DNA of 40,504 nucleotides from a virus (IMGVR_UViG_3300032248_000113:1-40504), one strand, 5' to 3'; counted from the stretch's first letter, positions 27,971 through 36,903 are shown. The notes: generated by a model not told the origin, from the sequence alone. A program made the numbers and translations.

Positions 27971-27994
27971 CACTGGCAGCAGTGCCTGTAGGAT
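27967..27994 (+). promoter_or_regulatory. Sigma70-type promoter TTGACA-N16-TAGGAT
   Basis: Perfect -35 at 27967-27972 and -10 at 27989-27994, upstream of the recombination cluster. Confidence 0.65.
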
Positions 27995-28032
27995 ATGGGT
28001 ACGCAGGCAACACCTGCACCGCACAAACCGCA

Positions 28033-28188
28033 ATGAACACCACCCAGGCATCAACCAAAGCCGACATCATCACGGCAGCCATGGAGATCACCGACAGCCA
28101 ACAGGCCAAGATTGATCAGCTACAGCAACGGCAAGTGATCCTATTTGGATTGGTTGCATTGCTGACCGTGATTAACCTACTCGGCTGA
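28033..28188 (+). CDS. Small membrane-anchored coiled-coil protein (51 aa)
   Basis: MNTTQASTKADIITAAMEI... with a hydrophobic C-terminus; first ATG in frame after the promoter. Confidence 0.65.
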   Translation: MNTTQASTKADIITAAMEITDSQQAKIDQLQQRQVILFGLVALLTVINLLG

Positions 28189-28260
28189 TATAACTGAGGG
28201 ATAACAGTGCGGAGTGCTTCGGCCAGGCGTGTCAACCCTCAACTAACCAAACTAACCACC

Positions 28261-28383
28261 ATGAAAACACTCGTCTTTATCTTTGTTGCAACTGGTCTGT
28301 TCTACATCACAACAAACAAAACACTATCTCAAATGACCGAAACAGATTGCAAGTCTGGCATCATTGCAGCGTGCCAGCGATGA
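28261..28383 (+). CDS. Small protein with hydrophobic N-terminus (40 aa, [40 protein letters not shown])
   Basis: Not in the ORF track. ATGA overlap with the exonuclease gene. Confidence 0.6.
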   Translation: MKTLVFIFVATGLFYITTNKTLSQMTETDCKSGIIAACQR

Positions 28384-29168
28384 ATAATGCCGACTACCAC
28401 GCTGACCCAGCAGTAAGCGCCAGTCACCTGCACGCTATCGCCAAAAGCCCGCAGCACTACTGGAGCCGATACCTTGACCCGCAACGCCAACCAGTAGAAC
28501 CTACCGCTGCAATGCGTCTTGGCAGCTTGGTGCATTGCGCCGTGCTGGAACCCGAGGAGTTGCATAAGCGTTATGCCGTCTGCCTGCCGCGTAATACCAA
28601 AACAGGCAAAGAAATGGCGCTGGAGCTTGATGCAAAGGGCATCGAGGCAGTAAGCGGATCCGACATGGATCTAGCGCTAGCAATGGCTGTATCAGTGCGT
28701 AGCCATCCGATTGCCGCTGAATTGCTATCGGCTGGCCTTGCTGAGCAGAGCGTTTGGTGGGATGATGCTGCAACCGGCCTGCGCTGTAAGTGCCGCCCGG
28801 ATTGGATTAATGGGTTGACGATTGTTGACCTGAAGACCACTACAGATGCCAGCCCTGATGGTTTTGCGCGATCCGTTGCGCAGTACCGCTACCACGTGCA
28901 GCAGGCGCATTACCTGCAATCGCATATTGCAGATCGGTTTATCTTTCTTGCGGTAGAGAAAACCTACCCGTATTGCGTTGCCACGTATGAGCTTGATGCT
29001 GATGCTGTTGCAGTTGGTGAACAGTTGCGACAAAGCAACCTGCAAGCAATTGCTAACTGCAAAGATGCTCAAGCCTGGCCCGGTTACACCGACCAGATCC
29101 AAACGCTTAGCCTTCCCCGCTGGGCGCAACACACTAGCGACACCGTACTGTCACCTGACGACTTCTAA
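28380..29168 (+). CDS. RecE / exonuclease VIII-like PD-(D/E)xK nuclease
   Basis: [10 protein letters not shown]...[11 protein letters not shown]...KCRPDW...VDLKTT...YHVQQAHY. Start taken at ATG 28380. Confidence 0.88.
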   Translation: MNNADYHADPAVSASHLHAIAKSPQHYWSRYLDPQRQPVEPTAAMRLGSLVHCAVLEPEELHKRYAVCLPRNTKTGKEMALELDAKGIEAVSGSDMDLALAMAVSVRSHPIAAELLSAGLAEQSVWWDDAATGLRCKCRPDWINGLTIVDLKTTTDASPDGFARSVAQYRYHVQQAHYLQSHIADRFIFLAVEKTYPYCVATYELDADAVAVGEQLRQSNLQAIANCKDAQAWPGYTDQIQTLSLPRWAQHTSDTVLSPDDF

Positions 29169-29929
29169 TGAGCACCGCACTTACCACCTGGACACCAGAA
29201 CAAACACAACTGATCAGCAGCACCATTGCACCGGGTTGCAGCGGTGATGAGCTGAAGCTCTTCGCCTATGCCTGCCAACGCACTGGGCTAGATCCGTTCA
29301 GCAAGCAGATCTACGCCATCAAGCGTGGCGGCAAGATGACCATCCAAGCCGGCATCGATGGCTTACGTGCCATCGCTGAACGCACCGGCCAACTTGATGG
29401 CTCCGAGACGTACTGGTGTGGCGCTGATGGCGCATGGCAGGATGTATGGCTTGGCGATAAGCCGCCGGCTGCTGCTAAGACGATCATCTACCGCAAGGGC
29501 AGCAGCCATGCCTTCATCGGTGTGGCGCGGTTTGCGGACTACAACGCCGGTCAAGGCCTGTGGTCCAAGATGCCAGCCGCGATGATCGCCAAATGCTCCG
29601 AAGCACTGGCGCTGCGCAAGGCATTCCCCGCCAACCTCTCAGGCGTTTACACCACCGACGAAATGGAGCAGGCGGAAGAGGTCACAGTGACGCCTGTGGC
29701 CGCCCCTAAGGCTGCTCTGCCTGCCGCTGCGCCCAAGGGCACCAGCGCCACATTCACTGCCGGCAAAGCCGCTATAGCGAAGGCTCAGACGTTGGATGAG
29801 TTGGCTGCCATACCAGCTAAGATGGCGGCTCGTTTGGCTGCGGGTGACATCACCCAAGACCAACACGATCAACTGCTAGCCCTAATGGTAGAACGCGAGT
29901 CCGCCATCACCGACCTTTTCGAGGATTGA
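29168..29929 (+). CDS. bet: Bet/RecT-family single-strand annealing protein
   Basis: [11 protein letters not shown]...IDGLRAIA...[23 protein letters not shown]...GVYTTDEM. Confidence 0.9.
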   Translation: MSTALTTWTPEQTQLISSTIAPGCSGDELKLFAYACQRTGLDPFSKQIYAIKRGGKMTIQAGIDGLRAIAERTGQLDGSETYWCGADGAWQDVWLGDKPPAAAKTIIYRKGSSHAFIGVARFADYNAGQGLWSKMPAAMIAKCSEALALRKAFPANLSGVYTTDEMEQAEEVTVTPVAAPKAALPAAAPKGTSATFTAGKAAIAKAQTLDELAAIPAKMAARLAAGDITQDQHDQLLALMVERESAITDLFED

Positions 29930-29932
29930 TCC

Positions 29933-30280
29933 ATGAGCCTTTATGCATCCGGCGTTGTTCGCATCATCAGCGACCCACAACTGAAATCATTCGACAGCGG
30001 TAATGTTGTCGTCAACTTTGCCGGTGGTATTGCCGAAGGCAAGGACAAAGATGGTAACTACATCAACAATGCCATTGATGTAGAAATCTGGGGTAAAAGC
30101 GCCGAGATTGTTTATGACAAGCTTAAGAAAGGCGATAGCATATTTGTTACCGGCAACATTCGCCGTAATGAATGGATGGACAAAGACAGCAATACAAAAC
30201 GCAGCAAACATTCCATGTCGGTTGCACGGTTTGAGTTCCTGCCGCGTCCTAAAATGGATGAGGCACACGATGCGTTCTAA
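29933..30280 (+). CDS. ssb: Single-stranded DNA-binding protein
   Basis: OB-fold pattern WGKSAE...LKKGDSIFVTG with an acidic-Phe C-terminus. Confidence 0.85.
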   Translation: MSLYASGVVRIISDPQLKSFDSGNVVVNFAGGIAEGKDKDGNYINNAIDVEIWGKSAEIVYDKLKKGDSIFVTGNIRRNEWMDKDSNTKRSKHSMSVARFEFLPRPKMDEAHDAF

Positions 30281-30438
30281 TGGACTACGAAGTTATCTTT
30301 ATTGAATGGTGGAAACAATCCTATCCATTCGACCCTGGCGCCCATGCAATCATGACGCATACGGCATTTGCTAAATACGTCTTATGCTTATCGGATGCCC
30401 AGAATGCCCAAAATGTAAAGCAAGGTACAACGAAGTAA
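30280..30438 (+). CDS. Hypothetical protein (52 aa, MDYEVIFIEWWKQSYPFDPGAHAIMTHTAFAKYV...)
   Basis: Not in the ORF track. TAATG overlap with ssb. Confidence 0.6.
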   Translation: MDYEVIFIEWWKQSYPFDPGAHAIMTHTAFAKYVLCLSDAQNAQNVKQGTTK

Positions 30439-30593
30439 TCTTGCGCAAACCAACAACTGACGGTGATTTTATCCGTCGCCGTCATTGTTTGGATTGCGGC
30501 CATCGATGGTACACGCTGCAAACAGCAGAAACGCTAATCGAAGGCCACACGCTTCAATGGTCAAAGCTCACCCGTACTTACACCATCAAATGA
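30384..30593 (+). CDS. Zinc-ribbon protein resembling the NrdR N-terminus
   Basis: CPKC...IRRRHCLDCGHRWYT. Confidence 0.65.
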   Translation: MLIGCPECPKCKARYNEVILRKPTTDGDFIRRRHCLDCGHRWYTLQTAETLIEGHTLQWSKLTRTYTIK

Positions 30594-30853
30594 AACCCCA
30601 TCAACTTGACCAGCAACGCGCCATTACGATGGATGCGCTATACGCCAAAAGTGGCCGTACATGCAGCACTTACACCGGTCTCTGGCAAGAGTTTTGCCAA
30701 GATCTCGGCCCCAATTTCCGGGACACCGACTACGAACAGCTCCACGCTGAGGTATGCCAGGCGATGGATGACACCGGTTCAGTGATGACGCAAAAGCAAG
30801 CGCACCAGGCGATCGCCACCTGTCGCCGTCACCTGCTGGGGAAGTGGGCATGA
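30590..30853 (+). CDS. Hypothetical protein
   Basis: MKPHQLDQQR...; ATGA overlaps on both sides. Confidence 0.6.
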   Translation: MKPHQLDQQRAITMDALYAKSGRTCSTYTGLWQEFCQDLGPNFRDTDYEQLHAEVCQAMDDTGSVMTQKQAHQAIATCRRHLLGKWA

Positions 30854-31167
30854 GGAGACTTCTGCTGCTGCTGGCTGTGCTCACCGCACCGGTTCAGGCT
30901 CGGACTGTCACGGCCACGGTCTATGACCCGTGGTATGCAGGCCGTCCCGACTACTGCAATGGCCGCGCCTACCAGCATTGGGGGATCAGCGCAGCTCATC
31001 CTTTTCTTCCGTGCAACACCATGGTTACAGTCACGAATGGAAATCGCACACTGGTTGTACCCATTAGAGATAGATGTAATTGCAATTCTATTGATTTATC
31101 TGCAGGAGCAGCTTATCAACTAGGCGTTCCTTTAAATGGTATTGCTCACGTAAAAATTTCTTATTAA
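30850..31167 (+). CDS. Secreted RlpA-like double-psi beta-barrel protein
   Basis: Signal peptide MRRLLLLLAVLTAPVQA, then SAAHPFLP...VTVTN...IRDR...IDLSAGAA. Confidence 0.8.
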   Translation: MRRLLLLLAVLTAPVQARTVTATVYDPWYAGRPDYCNGRAYQHWGISAAHPFLPCNTMVTVTNGNRTLVVPIRDRCNCNSIDLSAGAAYQLGVPLNGIAHVKISY

Positions 31168-31168
31168 A

Positions 31169-31717
31169 ATGAAAAACTTTCAAGCAAAACCTGAATATTG
31201 GGAACTCCAAGAACAATGGTCTAACCATGCAATACTTGGTGTAGATTCAAGTTGTTTTCTTGAACTCCGCTCCCGCGTGGAGGCACTGGAAGCCCAGGCC
31301 AACCATTTTGTTGATGTCCCCAAAATGGTCCCGCCCCCGGTGGCGACAGATGAGGAGCTATGGAATATTTGGAATAAACACGGTTTTCTTCTCAACAATA
31401 TCCGCGCCGTCTACGACCTTGGCATCGAGCACGGCCAGATCCGCAGCCAAGCAAGGGCCATGACTGACCTATCACCCGCCGCGCAGGCCATTGCCAAGGC
31501 CGCCTGGGCCGCGTTTTGGTCAAGCGAGGCAATGGCTCCAAATGATGCTGAAGTTATTGCCGCCGCCGCTCTCCGTGCTGTTGCGGATCAAGTGGTGCCG
31601 GAGGAGTCCTTGTATGGGGGAAATCAACGATGGGAATGGGAGCGTGATGCTCGCCAATCGTCCCGCAAGAAGATCCTCGCCATCGCCACCGAACTGGAGG
31701 CCCTGCCCAATGACTGA
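31169..31717 (+). CDS. Mosaic hypothetical protein
   Basis: 182 aa with an internal in-frame MTDLSPAAQA module at 31460. Confidence 0.6.
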   Translation: MKNFQAKPEYWELQEQWSNHAILGVDSSCFLELRSRVEALEAQANHFVDVPKMVPPPVATDEELWNIWNKHGFLLNNIRAVYDLGIEHGQIRSQARAMTDLSPAAQAIAKAAWAAFWSSEAMAPNDAEVIAAAALRAVADQVVPEESLYGGNQRWEWERDARQSSRKKILAIATELEALPND

Positions 31718-32177
31718 CCACATTCCCATCCCCCCGAGGCCGAATCCTCTGTCACCCATCGCTCAGTTCATGCTGAATGCTGCTTTTCATCAACACCAAC
31801 AGCACGGTCATTTAATCCCCACCCCCAACAACCTCCCAGCGCCTACGCCGCTATCACCCGCTCAGGCCATCGCCAAGGCTTTTGATGACCGCTACGAACT
31901 GCTAGGGCCATTGGAAGACGACTGGCAGGAGCAATGCCTTGCCCCCGACTTTCGCGCATTGTGCGCGGAGCTTGCTGTCGAACTGGAGGATTGGATGAGC
32001 GCCATGCGCACTCGGTCGAAGCTGGTTGACATCGCCCGCGCCGCCCTAGCCACCCCACCGCCAAAGCCGCCGACGGTGATGGAAATCCTTGATCTTTCCG
32101 GCGAGATCGAGGATGCCGGGCTTGGTCAGATCGACCTAGTTCGTGCTGCGCTTGAGAGGTGGGGGAACCGGTACTGA
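31710..32177 (+). CDS. Mosaic hypothetical protein
   Basis: Starts MTDHIP; contains two LSP-AQ-type modules; TGATG overlap downstream. Confidence 0.55.
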   Translation: MTDHIPIPPRPNPLSPIAQFMLNAAFHQHQQHGHLIPTPNNLPAPTPLSPAQAIAKAFDDRYELLGPLEDDWQEQCLAPDFRALCAELAVELEDWMSAMRTRSKLVDIARAALATPPPKPPTVMEILDLSGEIEDAGLGQIDLVRAALERWGNRY

Positions 32178-32614
32178 TGCCCAACCCACGCAAAGGCAGC
32201 GCCAGCCCAACAACAACTCTTGATGATGCGACGGTGCGACGGATGAGGTTGGCGCATCTGATGGAAGGCGAGTCGGCATCGGCGTTGGCTCGGATCTTTG
32301 GGGTATCAATTCCATGCGCAAGCAGGATTTGCCGGTGGTTGAGTTGGGCCCATACCGACCCCGACCTGAAACTGCTGCCGCGTCCTATCCATCGCGGTGG
32401 TGGCAGCAGGCCTGGCACAGCAGCACATGGACGGGACCGTGAACAACGGATGTTCACCGTTGGCCCCACCTGCCGTGAGTGCATCCACCTTGATGATCGC
32501 GGCTGCTGCGGGCTTGGGTTTCCTGAATGCCTGAACACCAATTACAAAGAAGCAGCCAAGTGCAATGCCTTTGCCTCAATTAACACCATTGCAGGAGCAA
32601 CCAGCGATGTCTGA
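32177..32614 (+). CDS. Putative HTH plus Cys-rich protein
   Basis: ASALARIFGVSIPCASRI (HTH-like) and CRECIH...CGLGFPEC...C. Confidence 0.6.
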   Translation: MPNPRKGSASPTTTLDDATVRRMRLAHLMEGESASALARIFGVSIPCASRICRWLSWAHTDPDLKLLPRPIHRGGGSRPGTAAHGRDREQRMFTVGPTCRECIHLDDRGCCGLGFPECLNTNYKEAAKCNAFASINTIAGATSDV

Positions 32615-32822
32615 TGTTGATCAGGTCAACCATCCACCCCATTATATGGCGGGGGCAATTGAATGTATTGATGCAATCCAGGCCGCACTGACGCCAGAGG
32701 AATTTGCTGGTTACTGCAAGGGTAACGCAATTAAATACATCTGGCGCATGAATCATAAAGGCGGCAGGGAATCACTTGCTAAAGCCCGCTGGTATGTAAA
32801 TCGTCTTTTCAACAAGCCATGA
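32607..32822 (+). CDS. DUF3310-family protein
   Basis: DQVNHPPHY...IECID...GNAIKYIWR...KARWY. Confidence 0.85.
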   Translation: MSDVDQVNHPPHYMAGAIECIDAIQAALTPEEFAGYCKGNAIKYIWRMNHKGGRESLAKARWYVNRLFNKP

Positions 32823-33337
32823 TCCTTTCAGACTTCCAGATCGCCCAGTTGATTGAGCAAGGCATGATTGAAAACCATCTGCCTGAGCTGATCAATCCTG
32901 CCAGTCTTGATTTGAGACTCGGCAATACCATCATGATTGAATCAGCGGCTAGCCATGACATGATCCCAGTTGACATCAGCAAAAGTAGCAGGGATCAACC
33001 CTATGAGTTGGTGCCAGGGCAATTCATCTTGGCTGATACGATGGAATCATTCAACATGCCGGAAGACATTGCTGGCTTGTTTTTCCTTAAGTCAAGCCGC
33101 GCACGCGAAGGCTACGAAAACTTGCACGCTGGTTATGCCGATCCCGGCTGGCATGGTAGCACCTTAACGCTTGAACTAAAAAACAGTCGTCAACTGCAAC
33201 GGCTACCGATATGGCCTGGCCTTAAGATCGGACAGATGGTATTTTTCAAGATGAGTGCCATCCCTGCAACCAGCTATGCGGTTGTTGGTCATTACAATGG
33301 CCACCTATCACCAACCACCAGTCATGTCTCCAAATGA
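32819..33337 (+). CDS. dcd: dCTP deaminase
   Basis: MILSD...NPASLDLRLG...KSSRAREG...DPGWHG...LTLEL...IGQMVF. Confidence 0.88.
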   Translation: MILSDFQIAQLIEQGMIENHLPELINPASLDLRLGNTIMIESAASHDMIPVDISKSSRDQPYELVPGQFILADTMESFNMPEDIAGLFFLKSSRAREGYENLHAGYADPGWHGSTLTLELKNSRQLQRLPIWPGLKIGQMVFFKMSAIPATSYAVVGHYNGHLSPTTSHVSK

Positions 33338-34181
33338 TTCTTCGCTAAGGGAATACCTACGCGAGATTGCGCGTTATCCGTTGCTGTCGCCTGAGCAGGA
33401 AATCCAACTTGGGCGGCAGGTAGTAAAGATGCAGCAACTTGATTGCACTGATCGGGAGCAACGGCAAGGGCGACGCGCTAGGAATAAATTTATCCAATCA
33501 AATCTTAAGCTGGTCGTCAATATCGCCAAGAAATATGATGGCAGGCAACGCAAAGCAATGATGCTGATGGATTTGATACAGGAAGGCAATATAGGTTTAG
33601 CGCGTGCTGTTGATATGTTTGATCCCAGTAGGGGGTATCGGTTTACAACTTATGCTTACTGGTGGATCAAGCAGGCGATACATCGCGCTATTGCCAATAA
33701 CGATAACATGATCCGCATACCATCATCGTTGCATGAAAAGATAATTAAAATCGTCAAGGTTCAAACTATGCTAATGCAGCAGCTTGGGCGATTACCAAGC
33801 CAGCGGGAGATTGCAGATGAATTAGGAATAACAATAGATGAAATGGTAACAGCAATCCAGCGCAACCAATCAACATCTAGCCTTGATGCAACTGGCGCCG
33901 AACTGGATCGATCAGCTATTATTGATTTTATTGCTGATGAAACCCAGTCCGGTGCGTTGGATGCAATAGAAAATAATGATGCAATTGATAAGATGTTTGA
34001 GATTTACGGGCAATACATTGACCAAAAAACGCGCTACATCATTGAGTGTAGACTACATGATAAACCCACATCATGGCTTGAATTGCAAGAAAATACAGGA
34101 CATGGAATTGCAAAGTTGCAGTCAATGTATGCAAGCGGCCTTAGCAGGCTGCGACTAATGCTTGATCCAATTGTCAATTAA
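33324..34181 (+). CDS. RpoD/SigA-family (group 2-like) RNA polymerase sigma factor
   Basis: YLREIARYPLL (region 1.2), NLKLVVNIAKKY (2.1), DLIQEGNIGL (2.2), GYRFTTYAYWWIKQAI (2.3/2.4), IRIP. Likely ATG at 33324. Confidence 0.92.
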   Translation: MSPNDSSLREYLREIARYPLLSPEQEIQLGRQVVKMQQLDCTDREQRQGRRARNKFIQSNLKLVVNIAKKYDGRQRKAMMLMDLIQEGNIGLARAVDMFDPSRGYRFTTYAYWWIKQAIHRAIANNDNMIRIPSSLHEKIIKIVKVQTMLMQQLGRLPSQREIADELGITIDEMVTAIQRNQSTSSLDATGAELDRSAIIDFIADETQSGALDAIENNDAIDKMFEIYGQYIDQKTRYIIECRLHDKPTSWLELQENTGHGIAKLQSMYASGLSRLRLMLDPIVN

Positions 34182-34454
34182 TTCCTGCCGTTCGATTGTA
34201 TGAAATTGCTGTAGCGAATACCATTCCAGCCAGTTAGTGCTGCCCTTGCTACGATTGCAACGTTTGCAGGCTGGTATCAGGTTAAATGTAGTCGTTGTGC
34301 CACCTTTATGGCGTGGCTTGACGTGATCTAAGGTATCAGCGGAGTTACCGCAATAGGCGCAGATAAAGCACCATACCTCAAAGATTTCTTGCCTAAACTG
34401 GTTCTTCGCACTCCGCTTCGGGATCAGTTGCGTTTCGTCGATTTGATGATCCAC
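34155..34454 (-). CDS. HNH endonuclease
   Basis: CAYCG...TLDHVKPRHKGG...NLIPACKRCNRSK. Confidence 0.88.
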   Translation of the reverse strand: MDHQIDETQLIPKRSAKNQFRQEIFEVWCFICAYCGNSADTLDHVKPRHKGGTTTTFNLIPACKRCNRSKGSTNWLEWYSLQQFHTIERQELIDNWIKH

Positions 34455-34620
34455 GCAATTCCGGGATGGGTAGGACTTGAACTGAAAGACCCAGAATGTG
34501 ATCGTTTGATGCTGCTAATTCTGTTAAGCGTGCTATAAAATTATCGCTAACCTCTCCAGGGTCGTCATCCGTGCTTTCAATCACTATTGTGTAGTCAATT
34601 TCAAGAACGTATTGTCTCAT
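34393..34620 (-). CDS. Hypothetical protein
   Basis: MRQYVLEIDY...; ATGA overlap with the lysin stop. Confidence 0.55.
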   Translation of the reverse strand: MRQYVLEIDYTIVIESTDDDPGEVSDNFIARLTELAASNDHILGLSVQVLPIPELRGSSNRRNATDPEAECEEPV

Positions 34621-35306
34621 GCGATGATGCACCAACCGGTATTAGCGCCATCTGCCATCCAACGGGGTTCCCAGTTGGCGTAGGTGTAGTGAAGTTTGGA
34701 TCCTACGGTACTGCCGTAGGTGCCAGCGGTTAGGTTCATTTCACCCCACGGATCATTGACCCAGTAGCCGGTAGCGTCATAACCAATGATGCAGAGCCAG
34801 TGGCCGCCGCCGCTGGGCGCCGTAACCGGTCCGTGATGCAGAAAACCAGCGGGGACAGGCTTGCCAGCATCAATTTGTCGCTTGACTAGATCACGGTTGC
34901 CGCCAGTCTCGAAGCGGGCCTTGATACCGTATTTGGCCAGTGCCTTGAGTTGCACTGATCCATCGGTGGTATCACCAATGCTGAAGACAGTTTTGATGTA
35001 GTCATCATCCGAATGGATGGCGCCGGGTATCAACGTCATTAGCAGCATGGCGCAACTGGAGCTGAAGCAGGTGCGGTTGGCATCGCGGTAGTTGTCCCGC
35101 TGCGACTGGTATGGTGTTGCCAGTGGATTCAGTTGCTTGCCGGCTTGACTCCAGACGCTGAACCATGGACGGCTGCGACGCATGGCAACGTCATAGCCAT
35201 TTAATCTGATGTCTTGCTCCAGCTCAGCAATGGCCGCAAGTTGATGCGGTAGATTTTTGTTATTGCGAAAAAGCTGATCGAGCGTGATCGGGCTTGTATT
35301 GGTCAC
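34617..35306 (-). CDS. Peptidase C39-like protein, putative endolysin
   Basis: YQSQRDN...TCFSSSCAM...GGHW...GYD...NDPWG (Cys/His/Asp pattern), adjacent to holin-like ORFs. Confidence 0.75.
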   Translation of the reverse strand: MTNTSPITLDQLFRNNKNLPHQLAAIAELEQDIRLNGYDVAMRRSRPWFSVWSQAGKQLNPLATPYQSQRDNYRDANRTCFSSSCAMLLMTLIPGAIHSDDDYIKTVFSIGDTTDGSVQLKALAKYGIKARFETGGNRDLVKRQIDAGKPVPAGFLHHGPVTAPSGGGHWLCIIGYDATGYWVNDPWGEMNLTAGTYGSTVGSKLHYTYANWEPRWMADGANTGWCIIA

Positions 35307-35446
35307 TTGCGGCGCTTAGGAAAAACAAGCGACAGCACTTGCAGAATCAGTTGGATGTTGCTGTTGGCTTTTAGCGGACTCAATGCCAGCAGTTCGCTTG
35401 ATGCCGCCACTCCAATCGCAATTGCTGCTGCTGTGTTGGCGTCCAT
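35303..35446 (-). CDS. Small holin-like membrane protein (47 aa, MDANTAAAIAIGVAASSELLALSPLKANSNIQLILQVLSLVFPKRRK)
   Basis: Not in the ORF track. Hydrophobic with a basic C-terminus; GTGA overlap with the lysin gene. Confidence 0.65.
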   Translation of the reverse strand: MDANTAAAIAIGVAASSELLALSPLKANSNIQLILQVLSLVFPKRRK

Positions 35447-35447
35447 C

Positions 35448-35711
35448 TCAGATCTGACGGTGTGCCTCTAGTTTAGCAATACGCTGCTCTGCTGTACCAA
35501 GGCGGCCAAACAGTTCGCGTCGGTCGGTGCGCATGTCCTCGCGAATCGCTGTGAGTTCAGCGGCAATATGCTCGACACCAGCACTGAGCTTGACAATAGC
35601 GATATTGGCTTTTTCGTCCTCTTGGCTGCGCGATGCAACCCACCGTGATGCGCTACCACCAACACCGCCCAGGATCAGACAGGCAAGACCAACGATCAGA
35701 TTCTCGATCAC
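35448..35711 (-). CDS. Membrane-anchored coiled-coil protein in the lysis cassette
   Basis: N-terminal hydrophobic helix followed by heptad repeats. Confidence 0.6.
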   Translation of the reverse strand: MIENLIVGLACLILGGVGGSASRWVASRSQEDEKANIAIVKLSAGVEHIAAELTAIREDMRTDRRELFGRLGTAEQRIAKLEAHRQI

Positions 35712-35748
35712 GGTCCTGGCGGTGCATTGCGTCTTGTATCCAGTTTAG

Positions 35749-36894
35749 CTAATCGGTTAGGATCGGTGCGCTGATCGTAAAGCCGCGCTTGCTGTCGATT
35801 ACCTCTAAGCCCTGCTGCGGGCGTTCTGGCGGAAAGCCCAGCTTCAGGCCATAAGCAGTCGGACCAATCAAGCTACCGTTTACCGTCCAACTAGAGCCAT
35901 GGGTAAGAGTATGGAAGTGGCCCAAAAAGGTATGGTCTGCCCTGATACCTACATCCTGGCGGTAGATGTATTTAGTTAACGGTACAGTAATACCACCGAC
36001 GCCACCGGCATATTTAATTGCATCGCCGTGCATGAATCTAAGTTTCTTGCCTAATACATCAAGATAAAGCGTATTGCCATTTGAAATAATAAATTCAACC
36101 TGGGCATTGCCACTGTAATGACGCCGCAGGCTTTGATACATCAACCATTCGTAGCTTGTTGCATGGGCATTATCAGCCTGCATCTTTATGGTTGTCCTGC
36201 CATGGTTGCCGTAGCAGCATGGAACCAGAATCTTACTGAAGCCACCATTAGCAAGTAGGTAATCAATGCCGCGAACAATGGCCTTTTCGCATTCAATGAT
36301 CTGCTGAGTAGGCGATAGCTCCTGCAACTGGATCTGTTCAGGATGAAGCCAATTATCAATTAGATCACCGCCCAGAAACACCACCATTTTGTCAATGCTG
36401 CTGGTTGATCGCAGCATTGTGATTACTTTAAGTGCATTTTTAAACAGTGCTACCGTGCGGCTGTGGAATGTATCTACATCATAGAAATTAAGATCATTCA
36501 CCGTTTCAGGTTTTACTACGGCGCCGCAATGCCAATCAGTGCAAAGCAGTACCGGTATAGCTTCATTGCGATCAATGTTGCTGGTTCGCTCAATGGCAGC
36601 GGGTGCTTCAATGGCTTTGATGTCAAGCGCAACTGCAAGCCGTTCTTGAAGGCTCTCGACATGCGTTAGTAATCGTTCTCTTTCTGTTGATTGCGTTTTT
36701 ATTTCACCGCGTAATTTACGGATTTCAACTTGAAGATTGATTATATCAGTTGTATTTTGATTCTTGCCGTTGGGGCACATGCCTGGCTTGCAAAACAATT
36801 GCCCACTTTCATCGCGCAGCAAATCAGCGAGCGGCAACTTTTCGCGGCACTTCCGAAAACGACGACAGGAGTAAAGCTCGCTGGATGCTTCCAT
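35749..36894 (-). CDS. Calcineurin-like metallophosphoesterase with N-terminal Cys cluster and coiled coil
   Basis: Five-motif signature: TDWH, GGDLID, GNHG, MHGD, GHFH. Confidence 0.82.
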   Translation of the reverse strand: MEASSELYSCRRFRKCREKLPLADLLRDESGQLFCKPGMCPNGKNQNTTDIINLQVEIRKLRGEIKTQSTERERLLTHVESLQERLAVALDIKAIEAPAAIERTSNIDRNEAIPVLLCTDWHCGAVVKPETVNDLNFYDVDTFHSRTVALFKNALKVITMLRSTSSIDKMVVFLGGDLIDNWLHPEQIQLQELSPTQQIIECEKAIVRGIDYLLANGGFSKILVPCCYGNHGRTTIKMQADNAHATSYEWLMYQSLRRHYSGNAQVEFIISNGNTLYLDVLGKKLRFMHGDAIKYAGGVGGITVPLTKYIYRQDVGIRADHTFLGHFHTLTHGSSWTVNGSLIGPTAYGLKLGFPPERPQQGLEVIDSKRGFTISAPILTD

Positions 36895-36903
36895 GCCATT
36901 AGT

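Noticed and set aside
28189-28245. Possible tRNA
   Set aside because: Too short, with no cloverleaf, T-loop GTTCRA or CCA end.
30809-30816. HIP1 octamer GCGATCGC as a cyanobacterial host signature
   Set aside because: I noticed only an isolated copy and cannot show enrichment without counting.
31843-32541. 232-aa minus-strand ORF and similar antisense ORFs throughout the track
   Set aside because: They overlap well-coupled genes on the opposite strand, have no recognisable motifs, and are expected in GC-rich coding DNA.
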